Below, piece after piece: positions 57,601 through 64,000 of a stretch of 64,000 nt of DNA (its first letter is position 1; every line of letters begins with the position of its first letter). Source of the DNA: Ascidiella aspersa (Eukaryota); the NCBI GenBank assembly GCA_963924565.1, contig OZ004610.1:11160001-11224000 (forward strand), read 5' to 3'. Position numbers and translations under genes: made by a program. Below the pieces are notes generated by a model. It had not been told where the DNA came from and did no database searches. It saw only the letters and a list, made by a program, of their open reading frames with translations.

Positions 57601-60572
57601 TTAAGTCGATCGGTCCAGACAGGTGATACGCTTTCCGTTTTGTGTCTTTTATTTTGAAATAAATATTTTTACTATTATTTTTCCAACGTGGTGTCTCCTG
57701 AGGATTCGAGATTGATTTTGTACTCCTGTAATACGGCGACTTCGGGAAAAATTATTGATATGTGTGCCATAAATGGTTCAGATCGCAGATAACACATATA
57801 TCGAAATCTTTTAGGTAATACGGATTACAATAAGAGCTTAGGATTTTATTAGGGCAAAATAAGACGAAGCCAATAGTACACTATATACAATAATTTAACG
57901 TTCGTTGAAAACAAGTTTTACTTTGTCGATCGCTGTTTTGCTGACGAGTGTTTTTCAACAAGCACGAAAACAAGTTATAACCTCTACTATGAGTCAGATG
58001 TTTTAAACTGTGTCGGCCCATGTTTGGAAATGCATCCTAGAGATGTTGAGATGAACATTTAACCGCCAACAAAGTGCAAGCAAACAGTATGTCTTATCTA
58101 ATCGGATAATGAAATCAAATATAGTTGCTTCAAAAGTAAATATATCAATCTATAAAAAGATGTATTTTCGTGTGAATCAAAACATATGTTACTGAAGGAG
58201 ATACCAGCCGATCTCTTTAGATTATAAAATAAAAATAGTTTACGTCATGGTAAATCGCGGCAACTTGTGAACTGTTATGTAAATTTATTTCGCCCCCTAT
58301 TCTTAGAGTTGCATAAACTTGGTATTTTTTTCTTGCAGAAAACTTGTCACGGTGGCTGCTTTGGCTAGCGCCGTCAGCATTTGCGTTTTTCTGGTGAGCG
58401 GCTATGCGGCCTATCGACTTTACAACCTGTACCAGCACATGTACAAGGATCTGCCAAAATTACCGGAAACTTTGGTTAGTAATCGTTTAGTATTTTAAGG
58501 GTATACGGCATAATGCTATGTCAGGTATTTCAAATTATTTAGCTGCCAACTGGTCAATGCGTTTCGACATCATTACTGCGCGTACGGTTTGCAAGTTATT
58601 TAAATCTTGCTTTATTTTTGGTAATGCTAAATTATGGGTTAAAATATGTTTAGCCTATCTATAAATATCCGTTTTTACAAAAAATAAGACGTAGTTTAAT
58701 AAACGCTAAAACGAATTAGTTGATTTTAGTTTCCCACTGACCATTTGATTGTGCAGCACCAGCACCCGTAAAAGATAAACAAAGCGTTAGTTTGATTTAT
58801 ATTTACGGAGGTTTGCTAATCCAATACAAGCGAATTTCGCGAGAGTCCAATACATTCCGTTATATTTTTGGATGAAGTACAGGTGTCATCTCAAACCATA
58901 TAGGTGATTTGTGATTTTGATGATTAGTAGCGCTTAAATATTAGTGTTTTGCTAAATGCAAAAATTGTACAACTTCTGTGGCGAAAAATTTACTCGCTCG
59001 CCTACAACACGATTTTACAATATCCTGTGTCTTATGTATTGTATTACACCTTGGTGCTTCGAAAAAATGTAATGTAGCACTCATGGCAATTGAAAAGCAC
59101 CTGGCCAAAGCGACACGGGAAGCTCTCACGCTGAGCATTTATTTTGATGCAACTAAACGTTGAAAAGAATTGCGACCTTTGGCGCTAAGGTTCTACAGCA
59201 TTTTGCCCCAAAGTGTTATAGCGACAAACTTGAGTCTGTGTGCCACCGATTGACAAATCCTAATTGGTCACGGTACGCTACGGTCTTTAGACGAGGCGGT
59301 TTCGGATCAGTCGAAAAACAGAGGAACCGTGCGTGAGCAAATCGCACAAACGCGCGATTTGCACGCCAGTTAGCACTACAATTTCGTTTGTTTTTGTCAC
59401 GCTGTTTTCTTTTTGCGTAGAAACGTAGCAAAACAAGTACAACAGTTTGGATTTGTGCGTATAACGAATGCGCTGAGAACGAAGAAACATGGCATACTTT
59501 TTTTCCTTTTTTGAGTACCTAAATTACCCACTTGCTTAGCCGTGGCGTCAATCTGACGCCATTTGTAGCAATCTGAGAAGTTTCTGTCTAAATTTTAGCT
59601 ATAACTTTCAGCAGTTGAGGCCCTTTTTGTAGCAATCCTTGAGAAAAGCAACGTTGTCATTGAGTTGTAACGTTGCCATTTAGTTGCAACGTTGCCATTT
59701 ACTCAAGGCGCACGCCGCACGTATATAAGTGGCTAAGGTGTGACTTGCTTTTGATTTTCCCTAAACTTGACCTTATCGTCGGACAGGAAGAAACAATGCG
59801 CGACGACCGCACCATCCTATGTCAACAGCGCGATCAGTACTCAGACATCAACGTGAAAGAGAAGTACGACGTGGTGCCGCTGAGCTTTGCGCAACGCGGC
59901 GTCGAGCCTCGGACCCGACAGGAGTCGAACTCTACAACAGAAACGACGCTGGGAAGCGAAATCGCTGACGAAGATTCGCCTGCTGCGTGTGGCGCCGTGG
60001 AGGTGCACTGCGATCCCGAGATCGAGGGCGAGCCAGGATCGCACGACGAGAGTCCTATATACGTTACGATGGCCGCAGCCTTTGCTCAGTTGATGGCTAA
60101 GCGAAGAACAAGGCCGGATAGTTATGGTGGTGACGTGGACGCGGAGTCTGGGATTCTGGTCGACGGCGATCAAAGGCGGTCCTTTGAATCGGACGAGCAC
60201 GGCCCCTTTGCACACGAGGAGTGGCGCGAGCAGCCCGACTCGGGACTTTCACTGTGGCACAGCCGCTCGTCATCGTCCAACAACACCCTTACCGTCGAGA
60301 TTTGCGACGCGTCGCGGCTGAGCGTGCGCTGGTCGCCCAGCAACTCGGCGTCCGACGACGCTAGCTACACTACCAGCTTTGACCAATTCGACTCTGACTC
60401 GCGCCAACGCCTGTGCTCGGACTTAACCGAGGGTGGTGCCGGAGCGCTACCTACCAAGGACGACTGCGCTAGTTGCCGGGAAAAGTGCTTCCAAATCGGC
60501 GACAGCGTCTCGTATATTGCTTCGGACTTGATGGCGTCGAGCGCCACGTTGAAAGGTCCCGTTTTTACATGA
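51632..60572 (+). CDS. Class II cytokine receptor-like protein (interferon/IL-10 receptor family architecture), ~573 aa, 7 exons
   Basis: Exons: 51632-51734 (signal peptide, AQS|TP); 53591-53750 and 55275-55456 (FnIII D1: LTLSWDPP..YTVLY..W.PVEGCERSTSTTCNF..P); 56103-56239 and 57405-57622 (FnIII D2: LPTPQFNV..CVRLR..SNWTAWQC); 58339-58474 (TM LVTVAALASAVSICVFLVSGYAAY plus Box1-like PKLPETL); 59787-60572 (acidic Ser-rich tail with YSDI, YDVV, YVTM, YGGD, YTTS, YIAS). 1722 nt, in frame; intron phases 1-2-1-0-2-0. Confidence 0.82.
52634..52968. mobile_element. hAT (Charlie-like) MITE
   Basis: TIR CAGGGGTTCTTAAACT / AGTTTAAGAACTCCTG. Perfect TSD ctatagaa. Confidence 0.88.
52975..53299. mobile_element. 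Older hAT-like MITE (GATC-repeat type) whose left end was the target of the 52634 element
   Basis: Ends aaggtgttgccaac / gttggctacccctg; flanks cactatag / cactatga; cgatc motifs. Confidence 0.6.
57292..57333 (-). ncRNA. Minimal type I hammerhead ribozyme motif (Penelope-like element type), antisense in receptor intron 4
   Basis: The minus strand reads ACC-CTGACGA-A-GGCGAC-tttcatag-GTTGCC-GAAAC-GTT-GGT: intact core, 6-bp stem II, palindromic ACGT stem III, GUU cleavage triplet, 3-bp stem I. Confidence 0.6.
57938..57980 (+). ncRNA. Hammerhead-ribozyme-like motif, sense, in receptor intron 5
   Basis: TTG-CTGACGA-GTGTTT-ttcaac-AAGCAC-GAAA-acaagt-TA-TAA: the core and 6-bp stem II are intact, but stems I and III are very short and weak. 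Confidence 0.4.
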
Positions 60573-61120
60573 GCGCCTATATTTTAAAGAGCGTTTTCCT
60601 TGCGGTTGTGGACCGTTTTGTTCCCTCTCGGGTTTCACTGTACTTAAATACCATTATCTTGCCTATTGTAAAAAAACGGCTAAACAAGTTTATCATTCAT
60701 GTCTGAATTAAAACTGAACAGATTTAAACATTTTCAAACAAGATGTCAAACAAGGTGTTCTCGACTATTTGCCGAGGGTTGCTTTTATTGAGATTGCCCA
60801 ACATTGTGAATGTATAAAGTTCAGAACTGTGCTTTTTTGTCGTTGAACTGCCTGATTTAACGCCTATGCGAACACCGAAGTGCAATAAATTACTGATGCG
60901 GATTACGCAAATCGGTTTAAAAATTCTTGTGAACCGGGTGCATTTAATTATGCATTGACATTATTACGTCTCCAGACAGGCCTCTAAAGTCTTTAATCAA
61001 CCTTTTATGTCTGAACTTCATAAAAGACCCCATCCGTATTACAAGCTTGAAAGAACCTAAAGTAGCATTTGGTACAAGCCTTTTATAGGACCTGTTGCAA
61101 ACCTTGCACATTTAGCAGAG

Positions 61121-63782
61121 ATGGCAAACCCTACAGAACTTGGTATTGAATATTCCGTTGCCCTGGTAGCCAGTTCAGCATTTAGCTTGATAATTGCTGT
61201 AGCGGTATATCTGGTCGGTGTTAGTAAAAGACGTAGAAGAGATGTCGACGGAACTAGAAGACCGTCCTTGCGGATAAACGCAGAAGAATATGAAGGTATA
61301 CGCATAATAAGCAATATTCATTTGCCTTGTTACAAGTACAGATTTTTTTCATGTGGACGCACGCAAATAGCTAAGAGAAACACAATGGAAACAAATAATA
61401 ACCACGTCCTAAACGATGCACACTATATTTTCCTGACGTGCAAAAATACCATTTCCAGACGTAAAAATGTCAATAACGTCCGCCGAAAGTTAAATATACT
61501 TTTTATTACAAACTAAAAAATGCAGTATGACGCTTTTAGTGCAACGCCCCACTAGAATGAAGGGCATGACAAGTTAAAAATCTAAAACTAAAATAAATAA
61601 TCCGAAATTAACCCACATGAGAAATGTTAATTTGACGTATTTTAGTGAATGTCTCAGTGATATATCAGCGGGAAGAAGTAATAAGTGAGGAAAACACCTC
61701 GGCAGCAATTTTAGGAGCGTCACACGTCTTTACGTCTTATAAAAGAGCCATCGATGGTCTGTTAACAGCAAGTAAGTTCATAAATACCAATACTGCGTGT
61801 AAAATACTACATAAATTGTAAAATATTAGATTGTTTTCAAAGTATAACGAGTTATGGTATTTTCCAGCGTTAGTGGCGCACGGAATTTTACAGTTACGTG
61901 ACCTGGAGAGCCAACAGGATGGTGAAGAACTTCCAGAGCCTATTTTCGAAACTGCTTGCTACCTAAACGTAAGCACGACGTCGTTTGAACAACGGCAATG
62001 TCCTACTAAATTTGATCACGCGCTGATCAGCAGAATTAAAATGGCGTCATAACCTAATTACTTTGAATGCAGTAAAACGCGCTTTGGACGCCAGTGACTC
62101 ATTACATAATGTTTTCTACTGACATACAAACATAGTCTCATACAATAACGGGCGAGTTTGTAATGATCAAACCGAAACATTTTAAGCAAATTGCACGCGC
62201 TATATTTGAAAATGCGTCAGAATGCTGCCTGTCGCCCTCGGTCCTATAACTCGTCAGCTTCATCCGGCCGTAGCGTGTACTTGTGTGCGAATGCGTGTAC
62301 GTTTTAATCAGCGTATAATAGTCTAACGCATTTCCGCCCTTTACGATTTGCAGACCCTCGCAAACTTGCTTTTCAACATGTCCAACCTTTACCCTGCCTT
62401 CTGCGAAGCTACCTTGTGCTTGGTTACCTTCGAACTTTTGAGGTACAGGTAAAGCTTTTTGTCGACACTCGTAGAAACACTTCGCATCATTTGTTCATTA
62501 TATTATTTGTGTTTTCATCTTAAGCAAAAAGGCATACATATTTTTTTAATTTTATGTTTTTTATACAAGGATGGATAACAAATCGAGACAAAAATTTTGT
62601 CTGGTCTCTGCACTCGTTTCGTCTGTCAGCTTGGTCGTCGCGTACATTGTATCAATAAAAGCAGGCAGGTATGTCATGGATGCACAAATTGGTCGTGGTC
62701 ATCCTCATATCCTATAACAGTGTTTCTATTTGTTTTTTTGCAATGACCCTAATACTTTTGAATGCTCCGAATGAGCAAAAAGTTAACGTTTCGTATCTCT
62801 CATTCTAATTTTGCTGCTTTACAGGAATCTTTACAAGTCCATAGGGACTGGCCTCGGTTTAACATTGATGAGATTCCGGTTTTTGGGTTTAAAAACATTA
62901 GTGTGCCAATTTGACGAGCTAGATCGTTTGGAAACTCGATTTGAACAACATTATTTAAAAATAAAGATTTTTGGAAAACAAAATCAGATTTAATTTTTTA
63001 TCTGCATTATTTACGGTCATAAAGTCAATATTGCAAAACGTTTTGTTCCCGACGTTTTTTTCGACATTCCTATTTATCTTAGTGATGTATTAAACTGTTC
63101 GAAAAAAAAATCGAAAAGAAAATTCTCTGCCCACCTGCTATGGTCTCGCGGCACACCGATTGCGGAGCACTGGCTTAAAATGAGCAAAATCACAAATAAA
63201 GTAATTCTAATTTAATTTATATGAGCCATTTTTCAGATTGCTTTCGCAATCGACTCAACCCAATTATGGTTAGCGACTCATGGCTTAAGAAACACTGTCC
63301 TATAAGCTCGGTTATGATTGTATTATTCATTAATTGTTGTATATAAAGTTAGATTCGTCTCGTACATAATATTTGTATGTTACGATGATCAAAGGGTCAC
63401 ACTGTGCCTAAAAACCTCAATGGTTTGTTTACTTGATAAATAACAATATGTCAGTATATCAATATATAAGTATGTGAGACAATGATAAAGGTTTATGTAA
63501 GTATTCAGGCTCAATTAAATTTAAAAACAGAACTGCTTTTATTTTTCTAAAAACATCGTATTTGGAAGATATCGACACTTTTTCCAGCACTTTTCCGGCG
63601 ATCCATCTGGCATTGCTTTCTTCCTACGCCGGCCTGCTGCTAACCCCTCTTCTTCGAATCACGCTCTACCTACGTCACAGAAATAAAGTGCTCAACGCCG
63701 CGGTCCAATTCAGCGGGTCCACGCGGAGGTTGAACAACACCAAGATACGACTGCTGGCCGTCACTGCTGCCGATTATTTCTG
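61121..63782 (+). CDS. Highly divergent multi-pass 7TM / class A GPCR-like protein (3' end uncertain)
   Basis: Frame-compatible GT-AG exons 61121-61295, 61646-61771, 61868-61968, 62354-62448, 62570-62668 and 63588-63782 encode six hydrophobic segments: YSVALVASSAFSLIIAVAVYLVGV; AIDGLLTATLVAHGILQL; ACYLNTLANLLFNMSNLYPAFCEATLCLV, then TFELLRYR; FCLVSALVSSVSLVVAYIVSI; IHLALLSSYAGLLLTPLLRITLYL; IRLLAVTAADYFW. An NQFVY (NPxxY-like) motif lies at ~63890-63904 in another frame. Confidence 0.62.
62718..63297. mobile_element. hAT-like MITE in intron 5 of the 7TM gene
   Basis: TIR CAGTGTTTCT / AGAAACACTG. Perfect TSD tcctataa. An internal fragment of a second family end (gcggcacac..gagcactg) lies at ~63150-63172. 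Confidence 0.8.
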
Positions 63783-64000
63783 GTATTTGATTTATGATAT
63801 TTGTAGTTTTGGGGGTATTTTCAAATTAATTTTTGGTATAATTTAACTGCATCGGATACGCATAAATGCCAGAATATTTATACCTCCTTAATCAGTTTGT
63901 GTACAAGAGAAAAATGCACGTATGCAAGACAGTCAATGCTTGAAAAGTCAATAAAACTTGATTTTAAAAGCAGTATTATAACAACAAAAACTCTCAATAT

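Noticed and set aside
59673-60572. 299-aa ORF as a standalone protein
   Set aside because: It has a non-ATG start; from the acceptor at 59787 it is the cytoplasmic exon of the receptor.
61121-62052. Three-exon 161-aa LAT-like single-TM adaptor ending at 62052, with a YLNV (GRB2-type) motif
   Set aside because: YLNV spans a strong donor (AAC|GTAAGC at 61968) that joins in frame to three further hydrophobic exons. The multi-pass model explains more of the sequence.

Overview
AT-rich, intron-dense animal genomic DNA. Compact GT-AG introns, MITE-rich introns and patchy CpG depletion suggest an invertebrate chordate such as an ascidian; this is inference, not a database result. I assembled spliced gene models by hand, and exon lengths sum in frame. 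In order they are: a candidate 61-aa single-TM microprotein (-); a FRK/Src42A-like Src-family kinase (-) head-to-head with API5 (+), which hosts a ~198-nt intronic box C/D snoRNA with a SNORD49-like guide; UBE2M/Ubc12 (+); a tRNA-like element with an aberrant anticodon loop; an uncharacterised dynamin/EHD-superfamily GTPase with two C-terminal TM helices (+); an orphan tail-anchored protein (-) head-to-head with YRDC, whose CDS is intronless (+); a 7-exon class II cytokine (interferon/IL-10-type) receptor-like gene (+); and a very divergent 7TM/GPCR-like gene (+) with an uncertain 3' end. The receptor locus is the most notable. It has two FnIII domains, a TM helix, a Box1-like motif and a Tyr-rich tail. 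It also has a stop codon and AATAAA at the start of the pre-TM intron, which could give a soluble decoy isoform, and hammerhead-ribozyme-like motifs in both introns flanking its last ectodomain exon. Many non-autonomous DNA transposons (hAT-like, Merlin-like, Tc1-like) with TIRs and TSDs are present, some nested or stacked.
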